Shown here piece by piece: positions 9,468-18,789 of a stretch of 52,123 nucleotides of DNA. Under the pieces are notes generated by a model that did no database searches, was not told where the DNA came from, and saw nothing but the letters and a program-made list of their open reading frames with translations. Location of the stretch: the NCBI RefSeq assembly GCF_035703625.1, contig NZ_DASSXS010000211.1, positions 1-52,123 of the forward strand, written 5' to 3'. Numbering within the stretch: the first letter of the stretch is position 1; every line of letters begins with the position of its first letter. The DNA is from Nocardioides sp. Its GTDB lineage: Bacteria > Actinomycetota > Actinomycetes > Propionibacteriales > Nocardioidaceae. A program made the position numbers and the translations under genes.

Positions 9468-10550
9468 ATGACACCCACGTCTGCCCGGGGCTCCGTCCCC
9501 GACGTCGATCGGCAACGGCACGACCGCTACCTGACAGGGGCGGTGGCCTCCTGGGTGAGCGAGGGCATCATCAGTGACGAGCAGGGCCGCCGCATCCTGG
9601 CCCGCACCCCCGAGGCCCCGGCGACGCGGTCCGGCGGCTCGCCACTCGTCGCGGAGGCCCTCGGGTACGTCGGCGGCATGGTGGTCCTCGTCGGAGGTCT
9701 GCTCATCGGCGCCCGCTACTGGGCCGAGATCGGGGTCACGGCCCGACTGGTCATCCTCGGGGCGCTGACGGTCGGGCTCGTGGTCGCGGGCGCCGCCGTA
9801 CCCTCGCGGCTCGGAACGGCCGCACACCGGCTGCGCGCCGTGCTGTGGACGGCCTCACTCGTGGCACTGGCCGCCACCCTCGTCGTCCTCTCGGTCGACG
9901 TGCTCGACCTCGGTGGTCAGTCCATCGTCCTCCTCGCCTCGGCGGGAAGCACAGTGCTCGGACTGCTGCTCCATCGTCGCGACAACTCGTTCCTTCTCCA
10001 GGTGGCGACCGGCGTCGCCGTCATCGCGGCATCCGGCAGCGCGGCCGCGGTCGTCGTCGAGCCGGAGACCACCCCCGGAGCGGCGATCTGGGCGGTGGGC
10101 GCAGCCTGGGCGCTTCTCGGATGGGGAGGAGTGCTCCGCCCGCGCCAGGGGGTGATGGCGGTGGGCGGGATCGCGATGATGGTCGGCGCCATGTTCACGA
10201 TCGACCATGACGCCGGGGTGGCGGCCGCGATCCTGACCGCCGGACTGCTCGTCGGCCTCTCGTTGGTGACAAGGGACCCGATCCTCCTGGCCGTCGGCGT
10301 CCTCGGTGCGTTCCAGGCGTTGCCGGTGGCCGTCTCGCGATGGTTCCCCGACAGCGTGGTTGCTCCGCTGCTGCTGGTCCTCCTGGGCCTCGGTCTGGTG
10401 GCGCTCGCCGTCCTGGTCATCCGCCGTCAACCCCGCGGTGGCGTCGCCCACCGAGCGGTCCTGGACCGGCGGGTGGCGGTTCTGGCGGCCATGGCCATCC
10501 TCCTGGCGGCCGTGCCGACGATCCTGGTGCTCGGCGCCGTCACCACCTGA
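9468..10550 (+). CDS. DUF2157-like multi-pass membrane protein
   Basis: AAGGAG RBS before ATG 9468; N-terminal WVSEGIISDEQ..RI followed by EALGYVGG and many TM helices. Confidence 0.75.
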   Translation: MTPTSARGSVPDVDRQRHDRYLTGAVASWVSEGIISDEQGRRILARTPEAPATRSGGSPLVAEALGYVGGMVVLVGGLLIGARYWAEIGVTARLVILGALTVGLVVAGAAVPSRLGTAAHRLRAVLWTASLVALAATLVVLSVDVLDLGGQSIVLLASAGSTVLGLLLHRRDNSFLLQVATGVAVIAASGSAAAVVVEPETTPGAAIWAVGAAWALLGWGGVLRPRQGVMAVGGIAMMVGAMFTIDHDAGVAAAILTAGLLVGLSLVTRDPILLAVGVLGAFQALPVAVSRWFPDSVVAPLLLVLLGLGLVALAVLVIRRQPRGGVAHRAVLDRRVAVLAAMAILLAAVPTILVLGAVTT

Positions 10551-10600
10551 GCCGGACGGACCGGTCGGCGGCAGCCCCGAGCGCCGCGCCGGCTCGAGGG

Positions 10601-10646
10601 TCAGGCACACCCGGTTGCGCGCTCACCGGGCGGCGGCAGTGCCTGA
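10601..10646. terminator. Interrupted stem-loop between convergent genes (possible terminator)
   Basis: TCAGGCAC/GTGCCTGA outer stem and CCCGGT/ACCGGG inner stem; no U-tract. Confidence 0.3.
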
Positions 10647-10648
10647 TC

Positions 10649-10774
10649 GGCCGACCTCAGCTCCGCCGCCCTCCCTGCGACCCCACCCGGTGGCGCCTGC
10701 CGGTGCCAGCGAGACCGGCACCACCCGAGGCTCGGCGGAGATGCCACACCCAGCAGGAACAGGGGGCTGGGCCA
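10649..10774 (-). pseudogene. Internal relic of a paralog of the membrane protein at 51038-51598
   Basis: WPSPLFLLGVASPPSLGWCRSRWHRQAPPGGVAGRAAELRSA aligns ungapped to WFAGVLLLGVTSPPCVRWCRLRRRGPALPRGLSGVEAELWTA (20/42 identical by hand count). Confidence 0.8.
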
Positions 10775-12223
10775 CTAGGCGGGATCGGAGTGACGCACCA
10801 GATCGGAGAAGAGCTCGACGTACTGCGCGAGGTGGCGATCCCCGACGTACTCCTGGGCCACCCGGGCCTGGGCCGCGGCGCCCAGGCGACTGGCGAGCCC
10901 GGCATCCGCGAGGGGGCGGCCCAGGATGCGGGCGAACTCGTCGATGTCGTAGGGATCCTCCACCAGGAGGCCGTCGCGGCCGTCGACGATCTGGTCCTGG
11001 ATCCCGCCCAGCTTGCTGGCCACGACCGGTCGGCCCTTCCACATGGCTTCGGTGACCGTCAGACCGAACCCCTCCACGAGACTCTTCTGCACGACGACGG
11101 CGGCGTGCCGCTGGAGGGCATTGACGATGATGGCGTTCTCGTCGCCGTCGTCCATGGGAACGCAGGCCAGGTGCACGCGTCCGCGGACCTCCGCGGGGAG
11201 GTGGCGCCACTCCTCACGGCAGTCACCGAGCACCTCGGCGCCCTCGGGGTCGTCGGCCACTCCGGAGACCTCGGGCCCGGCGAGCATCAGGTGCGCGCCG
11301 TTCAGGTCGTCCTCGTCGACGGCGCGGACGAAGCCCTCCATCACGCCCGCCATGTCCTTGAGCCGGTCCCACCTGCTCACCTGCACCACGAGCGGCACGG
11401 TCGGCGGGGGTGGATCGGTGCCCAGCAGAAGTCCGCCCGAGCTGCGATGGGACCGAACGGTCCCGGGCGTTCCGTCCCGGCGGAGGAAGTCGACCCGTCC
11501 CTCCCGACGGCCGTCCGCGACCAGTCCGGCCCTCGCCAGGATTGCGGTGACCTGCTCGGGCGCCAACGCCATGTTCTTGAGCGCGAGCGGGTCGATGGAG
11601 GGTGGGATGACGGCCAGCAGCTCGCCGTCGACCCACTGCGGCGCGTACGCGCGACGAGAGAACACCAGCCCCTGGGCGTGCCTGACGTACGGTCGCAGGA
11701 ACTCCCATCCGGCATCGGTGACGTCGTTCGGTCGGTCACGACCCACATGGCACCGCCACACCACCCGCGCTCCGATCTCGCGCAGGCCCTCGGCCAGACC
11801 TGCGGTCTGCGGATCGTGGAGGAGGACGATGTCTCCGGGCGAGACGCGACGGACCAGCTCCGCCAGGTTGGCCCGGAGCACCTCTTCGTAGTGCGCGTGC
11901 TCGGCCGGGCCCAGCGGTCCACCGTCCCCGGGCTCGCCGTGCAGCACGTTGTGCAGGCGCTTGGTGATCGCGAAGAACCGCGGATCGCCGTCCAGCACCA
12001 GCCAGCGGTTCTCGATCCCGGCCCCCTTCGCGTAGGCGAGCAGGGTCTGCAACATCTCGGCGACCCCACCCCCGTGGGAGGTGGCGTTCACGTGCCACAC
12101 CACCCGGTCACCGAACGCCGAGCGGGCCCGGTCAGCAGCGGTGGCCAGCCGCTCCGCCCGGTCGGCCGGGAGAAGCGCCGCGAGCTGTCCGAGATCGACG
12201 GGCCGGACGCTGACCTCCTCCAT
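10775..12223 (-). CDS. treT: GT4 glycosyltransferase, trehalose synthase TreT-like
   Basis: HVNATSHGGGVAEML, ITKRLHNVLHG, HDPQ, WRCH, QVSRWDRLKD, QKSLVEGFGLTVTEAMWK; start 12223 or 12232. Confidence 0.85.
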   Translation of the reverse strand: MEEVSVRPVDLGQLAALLPADRAERLATAADRARSAFGDRVVWHVNATSHGGGVAEMLQTLLAYAKGAGIENRWLVLDGDPRFFAITKRLHNVLHGEPGDGGPLGPAEHAHYEEVLRANLAELVRRVSPGDIVLLHDPQTAGLAEGLREIGARVVWRCHVGRDRPNDVTDAGWEFLRPYVRHAQGLVFSRRAYAPQWVDGELLAVIPPSIDPLALKNMALAPEQVTAILARAGLVADGRREGRVDFLRRDGTPGTVRSHRSSGGLLLGTDPPPPTVPLVVQVSRWDRLKDMAGVMEGFVRAVDEDDLNGAHLMLAGPEVSGVADDPEGAEVLGDCREEWRHLPAEVRGRVHLACVPMDDGDENAIIVNALQRHAAVVVQKSLVEGFGLTVTEAMWKGRPVVASKLGGIQDQIVDGRDGLLVEDPYDIDEFARILGRPLADAGLASRLGAAAQARVAQEYVGDRHLAQYVELFSDLVRHSDPA

Positions 12224-12402
12224 GCCTTTCATGGTCCCGTGTTCGGGCGTGCCGTGCCAGCGTTCAGGGTGGACACGCATCGGACCGCTGCCGGCGCGGT
12301 GGCCCGTGGAGACCACGGGCGCCGATGAGAGATGGCAGCAGCACCGGGTGCGGAGGGCGACTGCACCCCTTCGGGCCCCCCTTCGGAACCGCGGCCGAGA
12401 TC

Positions 12403-12463
12403 GGGAAATAAGTCCCCCGGCAGCGTGCCTTCGTCCCCTGTGGGCGCCCGGGAACGGCCCCTA
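12403..12463. promoter_or_regulatory. DosR-like boxes in the divergent treT / sqr promoter
   Basis: GGGAAATAAGTCCC (12403-12416), plus weaker CGTGCCTTCGTCCC (12424) and a half-site GGCCCCTA (12456). Confidence 0.6.
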
Positions 12464-12496
12464 GCGTGGGAGTGACGGCCAGCCGATGGAGGAGCC

Positions 12497-13741
12497 ATGA
12501 AGACACTGCTGGTGCTCGGAGCCGGGACGGCAGGAACGATGATCGCCAACAAGCTCCGTCGGCGGCTCGACGACCACGAGTGGCAGATCAGGGTGGTCGA
12601 CCAGGACGACCAGCACCACTACCAGCCGGGGTACCTGTTCATCCCGTTCGGCGGTTACCTCAGGGCGGACGTGGTCCGGACCCGGCACGACTGCCTCGTG
12701 GCCGGCGTCGAGCTGGTGGTGGGCGAGGTGGACCGGGTCGACGTACGCGAGGACCGCGTGCTCCTCCAGGACGGCCGCGAGCTCGGCTACGACTACCTCG
12801 TGATCGCCAGCGGTACGACGCCGCGCCCCGACCAGACCCCCGGGATGCTCGGGCGCGAGTGGCGCAGGAGCATCTTCGACTTCTACACCCTGGAGGGGGC
12901 AGAGGCACTCGCCGAGGCCCTCGCCGGGTTCGACCACGGGCGGCTGGTCGTGCACATCACCGAGATGCCGATCAAGTGCCCGGTGGCGCCCCTGGAGTTC
13001 GCGTTCCTCGCGGAGTCGTGGCTACGCGAGAAGGGCGTGCGGGACGCGGTGGAGCTGGTCTTCGTGACTCCCCTGGACGGTGCGTTCACCAAGCCGATCG
13101 CCTCCGCCCAGCTCGGTTCCATGCTCGACGAGCGAAAGATCCACCTGGAGACCGACTTCATGGTCGAGCGGATCGACGACGAGCACAAGATGCTGGTGTC
13201 CTACGACGGGCGCGAGGTGCCGTTCGACCTGCTGGTCACGGTCCCGTTGAACATGGGCGCGGACTTCGTCGCCCGGTCAGGCCTCGGCGACGAGCTGAAC
13301 TACGTGCCGGTCGACAAGCACACCCTGCTGTCCGTGGAGCACGACACGATCTTCGCGGTCGGCGACGCCAACAACATCCCGGCATCCAAGGCCGGCTCGG
13401 TGGCGCACTTCTCCGTCGAGATCTTCGTCGACAACTTCCTCGAGCGCGTCTCCGGCAAGCCGATGACCGGTTCCTTCGACGGACATGCCAACTGCTTCGT
13501 CGAGTCCGGTGACGACAAGGCCCTGCTGATCGACTTCAACTACGACACAGAGCCTCTCACCGGCAAGTACCCGCTGCCGTACGTCGGTCCGATGAGCCTG
13601 CTCAAGGAGACCCGCGCCAACCATCTCGGGAAGCTGGCCTTCCGACACATCTACTGGAACGTGCTGCTGCCCGGCCGCCCGGTCCCGCTGCCCGCACACA
13701 TGTCCATGGCCGGGAAGAACACCCCGAAGAAGGAGGCGTAG
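12497..13741 (+). CDS. sqr: Sulfide:quinone oxidoreductase-like FAD-dependent oxidoreductase (type III-like)
   Basis: LVLGAGTAG, HHYQPGYLFIPFG, IKCPVAPLEF, FAVGDA, FDGHANCF (two active-site Cys). Confidence 0.85.
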   Translation: MKTLLVLGAGTAGTMIANKLRRRLDDHEWQIRVVDQDDQHHYQPGYLFIPFGGYLRADVVRTRHDCLVAGVELVVGEVDRVDVREDRVLLQDGRELGYDYLVIASGTTPRPDQTPGMLGREWRRSIFDFYTLEGAEALAEALAGFDHGRLVVHITEMPIKCPVAPLEFAFLAESWLREKGVRDAVELVFVTPLDGAFTKPIASAQLGSMLDERKIHLETDFMVERIDDEHKMLVSYDGREVPFDLLVTVPLNMGADFVARSGLGDELNYVPVDKHTLLSVEHDTIFAVGDANNIPASKAGSVAHFSVEIFVDNFLERVSGKPMTGSFDGHANCFVESGDDKALLIDFNYDTEPLTGKYPLPYVGPMSLLKETRANHLGKLAFRHIYWNVLLPGRPVPLPAHMSMAGKNTPKKEA

Positions 13742-13744
13742 ACC

Positions 13745-14059
13745 ATGCCCACGACGACGATCGACGGCCACACCATCGAGGTCAACGACGAGGGATTCAT
13801 GACCGACCCGAGCGAGTGGTCCGAGCCCCTGGCCACGTCGCTTGCCGCCCAGATCGGGATCGAGCTGTCCGACGCGCACTGGAAGGCCATCCGCTTCCTG
13901 CGGGAGGACTTCGCCAGTCGCGGGGAGACCGCGACCCTGCGCAGGATCAGCGTCGTGGGGGGCATTCCCACCAAGTCCCTGTTCCAGCTGTTCCCACAGA
14001 AGCCGGCCAAGAAGCTGGCCTACGTCGCGGGCCTGCCCAAACCGCACGGCTGCGTCTGA
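13745..14059 (+). CDS. TusE/DsrC-family sulfur relay protein (single C-terminal Cys)
   Basis: EGFMTDPSEW, LSDAHWKAIRFLR, LFP..PAK...VAGLPKPHGCV. Confidence 0.92.
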   Translation: MPTTTIDGHTIEVNDEGFMTDPSEWSEPLATSLAAQIGIELSDAHWKAIRFLREDFASRGETATLRRISVVGGIPTKSLFQLFPQKPAKKLAYVAGLPKPHGCV

Positions 14060-14090
14060 TCACCAGCACAGTGGCAAGGAGACGAGAGAC

Positions 14091-14600
14091 ATGACAACCA
14101 CACAGACCGCTCCGATCGTGCCCACGTTCGGCACCGTCGACTCCGACCGCAAGCTCGCCATCATCTGCTCCAAGGGAAACCTCGACATGGCCTACCCCGG
14201 CCTGGTCCTTGCGAACGCCGCCCTCGGCGAGGGCATCGAGACGCATCTCTTCTTCACCTTCTGGGGCTTCGACATGATCAACAAGGAGACGATGGGGGAC
14301 CTGAAGTTCACGCTGCTCGGCAACACGGCGACACACATGCCCCAGGGCCTCGGCGGGCTGCCGGGCATGACCGCGATGGCCACGCACCAGATGAAGAAGT
14401 CCATCGCGGAGATCGGAGTCCCGGAGGTACCGGAGTTCCTGCAGCAGATCGTCGACTCCGGCGGTCATCTCTGGGCGTGCCGGATGTCAGCCGACATGCA
14501 GCACCTCGAGCAGGACGACCTGTACGACGAGGTCGAGGGCATCATCAGCGCCTCGGACTTCATCGAGATCACCACCGGCGCGCAGCTGCTCTTCATCTAG
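14091..14600 (+). CDS. DsrE2/DsrF/DrsH-like sulfurtransferase
   Basis: AAGGAG RBS; KLAIICSKGNLDMAYPGLVLANAA, LFFTFWG, LWACRMS. Confidence 0.9.
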   Translation: MTTTQTAPIVPTFGTVDSDRKLAIICSKGNLDMAYPGLVLANAALGEGIETHLFFTFWGFDMINKETMGDLKFTLLGNTATHMPQGLGGLPGMTAMATHQMKKSIAEIGVPEVPEFLQQIVDSGGHLWACRMSADMQHLEQDDLYDEVEGIISASDFIEITTGAQLLFI

Positions 14601-14678
14601 CCCGGGAAGCGGGTCGCTTCGCTCAGCGCCCGAGTCCGCCCCACCATGCCCGGGCCGTGTCCGAACCTGGTGCCGCAA

Positions 14679-14762
14679 CCCCATGCCGCCGTGCGGGTCG
14701 GTGCCCGACCACCGCGCGAGCCAGCGCCTCATCTGGACGATCTCGGCGTGCTGCTCGTCGCG
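14679..14762 (-). pseudogene. Possible DUF305 (ferritin-like) fragment
   Basis: RDEQHAEIVQMRRWLARWSGTDPHGGMG matches the Q..EI..M..WL..W pattern of DUF305; very short. Confidence 0.45.
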
Positions 14763-14792
14763 GAGCCGTCCACGGAAGGAGGTCCTCCGCCG

Positions 14793-16298
14793 TCAGAACC
14801 CTTGCGCCAGCCGGTAGTAGGTCTGGTTCCAGCGGAGCTCCTGGGTGAAGCGCCGCGCGTCGGTGTGCTCATCGATCAGCACGAGTTCGGTGCCCACCAT
14901 CTCCGCAAGGTCCCAGAGGTGTTCTGTGGTCAGCGCGGTCGACAGCACCGTGTGGTGCGGACCTCCCGCCGTCAGCCATGCCTCGGTGGAGGTCCGCAAG
15001 TCTGGTGCTGGCCGCCACACCGCACGCGCCACGGGAAGTCTGGGCAGGGGTTCGTCGGGTGGGACGACCTCGATCTCGTTCGCGACCAGCCGGAACCGGT
15101 CGCCCAAGTCCGCCATGCCGAGTACGACGGCGGCCCCCGGGGCGGCGTCGAAGACCAGACGTACCGGATCCTCGCGCGCGCCGATGGACAGGGCATGGAT
15201 CTCGAGTGTGGGCTGCTGATCCGCGATAGTGGGGCACACCTCGAGCATGTGCGCGCCCAGGATCTTCTCCTCCCCCGGCACCAGGTGATAGGTGTAGTCC
15301 TCCATGAAGGAGGTCCCGCCCGGAAGGCCCTCGGCCGTGGCCTTGAGGGCTCGTACCAACACCGAGGACTTCCAGTCACCCTCGGCCCCGAAGCCGTAGC
15401 CGTCGGCCATCAGACGCTGGACGGCCAGGCCGGGCAGCTGCCGGAGACCGCCGAGATCCTCGAAGTTCGTGGTGAAGGCGCTGAATCCTCCCTCGGTCAG
15501 GAAGTTCCGAAGTCCGAGCTCGATGCGGGCGCCGTAGCGCAGTGACTCGTGGCGCTCTCCCCCACGCCGGAGCTCGGCCGCGACCGAGTAGCACCCCTCG
15601 TACTCCGACGTCAGAGCGTCGATGTCTGCGTCCGTGACGTCTTCCACGACGTCGACGAGATCGTTGACCCCGTAGGTGTTGACCGAGACCCCGAAGCGCA
15701 GTTCGGCTTCAACCTTGTCGCCCTCGGTGACAGCGACGTTGCGCATGTTGTCGCCGAACCTGGCCACCCGCATGGCACGGAGCGCGGCATGCCCGACGGC
15801 GGCGTGGGACCACTCTCCGATGCGTCTCGCGACCGCGGGGTCCGACACGTGTCCAGCGACCGTCTTGCGACGCACCCCGATGCGAGTCTGTGCATAGCCG
15901 AACTCGCGGTCGCCGTGCGCGGCCTGATTGAGGTTCATGAAGTCCATGTCGATGTCGGACCATGGCAGCTCGACGTTGGCCTGGGTGTGCAGGTGCAGCA
16001 GCGGCTTGCGGAGAAGGTCGAGCCCTGTGATCCACATCTTCGCTGGACTGAAGGTGTGCATCCACGCGATCACGCCCACGCACGAGTCGTAGGCGTTCGC
16101 CTCGAGCGCCAACCTGCGGATCGCACCTGCGTCGGTGAGGACGGGCTTGGGCACGATCCGGGGTGGGATTTCGTCGGCCTGGCCCAGGGCCTCGGCGATC
16201 TGCAGGGACTGACCGGCCACCTGCCTCAGGACGTCGTCGCCGTAGAGTCCCTGGCTCCCGGTCAGGAACCAGATCTCGTTCGAGCCGCTCACGTTCAC
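14793..16298 (-). CDS. araA: L-arabinose isomerase
   Basis: [58 protein letters not shown]. Confidence 0.98.
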   Translation of the reverse strand: MNVSGSNEIWFLTGSQGLYGDDVLRQVAGQSLQIAEALGQADEIPPRIVPKPVLTDAGAIRRLALEANAYDSCVGVIAWMHTFSPAKMWITGLDLLRKPLLHLHTQANVELPWSDIDMDFMNLNQAAHGDREFGYAQTRIGVRRKTVAGHVSDPAVARRIGEWSHAAVGHAALRAMRVARFGDNMRNVAVTEGDKVEAELRFGVSVNTYGVNDLVDVVEDVTDADIDALTSEYEGCYSVAAELRRGGERHESLRYGARIELGLRNFLTEGGFSAFTTNFEDLGGLRQLPGLAVQRLMADGYGFGAEGDWKSSVLVRALKATAEGLPGGTSFMEDYTYHLVPGEEKILGAHMLEVCPTIADQQPTLEIHALSIGAREDPVRLVFDAAPGAAVVLGMADLGDRFRLVANEIEVVPPDEPLPRLPVARAVWRPAPDLRTSTEAWLTAGGPHHTVLSTALTTEHLWDLAEMVGTELVLIDEHTDARRFTQELRWNQTYYRLAQGF

Positions 16299-16328
16299 CG
16301 TGCCGACCTCCTCTTGCTCACAGTTCAG

Positions 16329-17006
16329 TCAGTGCTGCCCGTACACGTTCTGGTAGCGCGCGTAGAGGCGGTCGATGTCGGACTGCTCCAGCGGCAGCGG
16401 CTCGCCGAGCTGCCGGGCAAGGTGGACCGTCCGGGCCACGTCCTCCACCATGACCGCAGCCTTGACGGCGGCCCTCGCGGTGTCACCGACGGTGAAGGGG
16501 CCGTGGTTCTGCATCAGCACCGCCTTGGAACGGCTCTTCCGCAGCGTCGCCACGATGCCCTCCCCGATCGACTCGTCGCCGATCAGGGCAAATGGACCGA
16601 TCGGCACCTCCCCGCCGAACTCGTCGGCGATCATCGTCAGCACACACGGGATCGGCTCCCCCCGGGCTGCCCACGCGGTCGCGTACGAGGAGTGTGTGTG
16701 CACCACTCCCCCGACCTCGGGCATGGACCGGTAGACGTAGGCATGCGCCGAGGTGTCGGAGGATGGTGAGTAGTCGCCCTCCACGAGCTCGCCGTGGAGG
16801 TCGGTGACCACCATGGTGTCGGCGCTCAACGCGTCGTAGGGAACGCCGGACGGCTTGATCACCATCAGGTCATGGCCCGGGACGCGCGCCGACACGTTGC
16901 CGGCCGTCCAGATCACCAGCTGGTACCGGGTCAGCTCGGAGTGCAGCTCCGCGACCGTCGCCCTCAGGTCCTGGATGGTTCCGCGGATGTCTTCGGTGAC
17001 GGTCAC
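16329..17006 (-). CDS. araD: L-ribulose-5-phosphate 4-epimerase
   Basis: WTAGNVSAR, IKPSGV, PSSDT..H, VHTHS.YAT.WA, NHG, YQNVYGQ; GTGA overlap with araB. Confidence 0.96.
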   Translation of the reverse strand: MTVTEDIRGTIQDLRATVAELHSELTRYQLVIWTAGNVSARVPGHDLMVIKPSGVPYDALSADTMVVTDLHGELVEGDYSPSSDTSAHAYVYRSMPEVGGVVHTHSSYATAWAARGEPIPCVLTMIADEFGGEVPIGPFALIGDESIGEGIVATLRKSRSKAVLMQNHGPFTVGDTARAAVKAAVMVEDVARTVHLARQLGEPLPLEQSDIDRLYARYQNVYGQH

Positions 17007-18730
17007 CGCCGTACCCCCGCCACGATCTCGTCGAGCTCGGTGCTTGCCTCGGCACTGCCGCCGTGTGCGGCGCGTCTGCGCTCCTTGAGGCGGTGCATCA
17101 CGTCGTTGGCACCCCGGCCGAAGTAGTCGTGCAGGAGGCGGTACTCCGCGAACAGCTCGTCGTAGGCTCGCGAGTTCTCGGGGATGGGTCGGTACGTGTT
17201 CTCGTGCACCCGTCCCATGGCACCGGCCGCGGCATGCACGTCTGGATGGACACCGGCAGCCACGGCAGCGTGAATGGCCGATCCGACAGCGGGTCCTTCG
17301 CTGGACCTGATCGTCGACAGTGGCATCTTCGTGACGTCGGCGTAGATCTGCATCAGGAACGGATTCTTGAGGAGCCCTCCCGCGATGATCAGCTCGTTGA
17401 CGGGCACGCCAGCTGCGTCGAACGTCTCGATGATCGCCCGGGTCCCGAAGGCTGTGGCCTCCAGGAGCGCCCGGTACATCTCCTCAGGACGAGTGGCGAG
17501 TGTCTGACCCACCATGACACCAGACAGCTCGTGGTCCACCAGGACCGAACGGTTTCCGCTGTGCCAGTCGAGCCCGATCAGCCCGTGCTCCCCGACGCGC
17601 TGCCGGGACGCGAGCCCGGTGAGGTAGTCGTGCACGTCCTGACCGTTCTGCCGAGCAGCCTTCTGGTACGACTCCGGTACGCAATTGCTGACGAACCAGT
17701 GGAAGATGTCACCCACGCCGCTCTGGCCGGCCTCATAGCCCCACATCCCGGGCACGATGCCGCCGTGCACGGCGCCGGCCATCCCCGGGACCTCGCGCAG
17801 CGTCTGGCTGCTCATCACGTGACAGGTCGAGGTGCCCATGATGGCGACCATCTGGCCAGCCTCCACTGCTCCCGCTGCCGGCGCGGTCACGTGAGCGTCG
17901 ACGTTGCCGACCGCAACTGCGATCCCTTCGGGGAGTCCGGTCCACTTGGCGGCCCGAGCTGACAGGCCACCGGCGCGGTCTCCGAGCTGAGCGACGCGGT
18001 GACCGATCTTGTCAGTGACGAAGCCGGCGAAGGCCGGGTTGAGTGCAGCAAGGAAGTCCGTGGACGGGTAGGTCTCGTCCTGATAGATCCCCTTGTAGCC
18101 GGCCGCGCAGGCGTTGCGCACGTAGGTACCGCACAACTGCCAGACGATCCAGTCCGCCGCCTCCACGAAGTGGGCCATCGCCTCGTAGATGTCCGGGGCC
18201 TCCTCGAGAAGCTGCAGGCCCTTGGCGAACTCCCACTCCGATGAGATGAGCCCGCCGTAGCGCGCCAGCCACGGCTCGCTCCTGTCCCTGGCGGTCTCGT
18301 TGATGCGGTCTGCGTGCGCCTGCGCGGCGTGGTGCTTCCAGAGCTTGACGTAGGCGTGCGGGTCGCCCGCGTACTCGGGCAGCTCGCACAGCGGGGTGCC
18401 GTCCGCCAGGGTGGGCAGGATCGTGCACGCCGTGAAGTCGGTGGCGATGCCCACGACGTCCGTCGGATCGATCCCCGCTGCGCGGACGGCCTCAGGGACG
18501 GCCACCCGCAGCACCTCGAGGTAGTCCCCAGGGACCTGCAAGGCCCAATCGGGGGGCAGCTTCGTCCTGCCGCCGGGCAGCACCCGGTCGACGACGGCGT
18601 GGCGGTACGGATGTACGGCGCTGCCCAGCTCCTGCCCATCGCTGACACGCACCACGACCACACGACCGGACAGGGTGCCGAAGTCCACGCCGACGGTCGC
18701 GGCAGACGAGCGTCCGGGGCTACCCCTCAT
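17003..18730 (-). CDS. araB: Ribulokinase
   Basis: GVDFGTLSGR, LPPDWALQ, KLWKHHAAQ, YGGLISSEW, IMGTSTC, YEAGQS; ATG 18730 with AAGGA RBS. Confidence 0.96.
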   Translation of the reverse strand: MRGSPGRSSAATVGVDFGTLSGRVVVVRVSDGQELGSAVHPYRHAVVDRVLPGGRTKLPPDWALQVPGDYLEVLRVAVPEAVRAAGIDPTDVVGIATDFTACTILPTLADGTPLCELPEYAGDPHAYVKLWKHHAAQAHADRINETARDRSEPWLARYGGLISSEWEFAKGLQLLEEAPDIYEAMAHFVEAADWIVWQLCGTYVRNACAAGYKGIYQDETYPSTDFLAALNPAFAGFVTDKIGHRVAQLGDRAGGLSARAAKWTGLPEGIAVAVGNVDAHVTAPAAGAVEAGQMVAIMGTSTCHVMSSQTLREVPGMAGAVHGGIVPGMWGYEAGQSGVGDIFHWFVSNCVPESYQKAARQNGQDVHDYLTGLASRQRVGEHGLIGLDWHSGNRSVLVDHELSGVMVGQTLATRPEEMYRALLEATAFGTRAIIETFDAAGVPVNELIIAGGLLKNPFLMQIYADVTKMPLSTIRSSEGPAVGSAIHAAVAAGVHPDVHAAAGAMGRVHENTYRPIPENSRAYDELFAEYRLLHDYFGRGANDVMHRLKERRRAAHGGSAEASTELDEIVAGVRR

Positions 18731-18775
18731 CGTTCGCTTCCTTTCCGCACCGGGTACCTGCAAGAAGTCCGTTCA

Positions 18776-18789
18776 TGTGAGCGCTAACC
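18776..18789. promoter_or_regulatory. LacI-family (AraR-like) operator upstream of araB
   Basis: TGTGAGCGCTAACC, close to the LacI-type palindrome TGTTAGCGCTAACA; overlaps the xylB stop codon. Confidence 0.65.
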
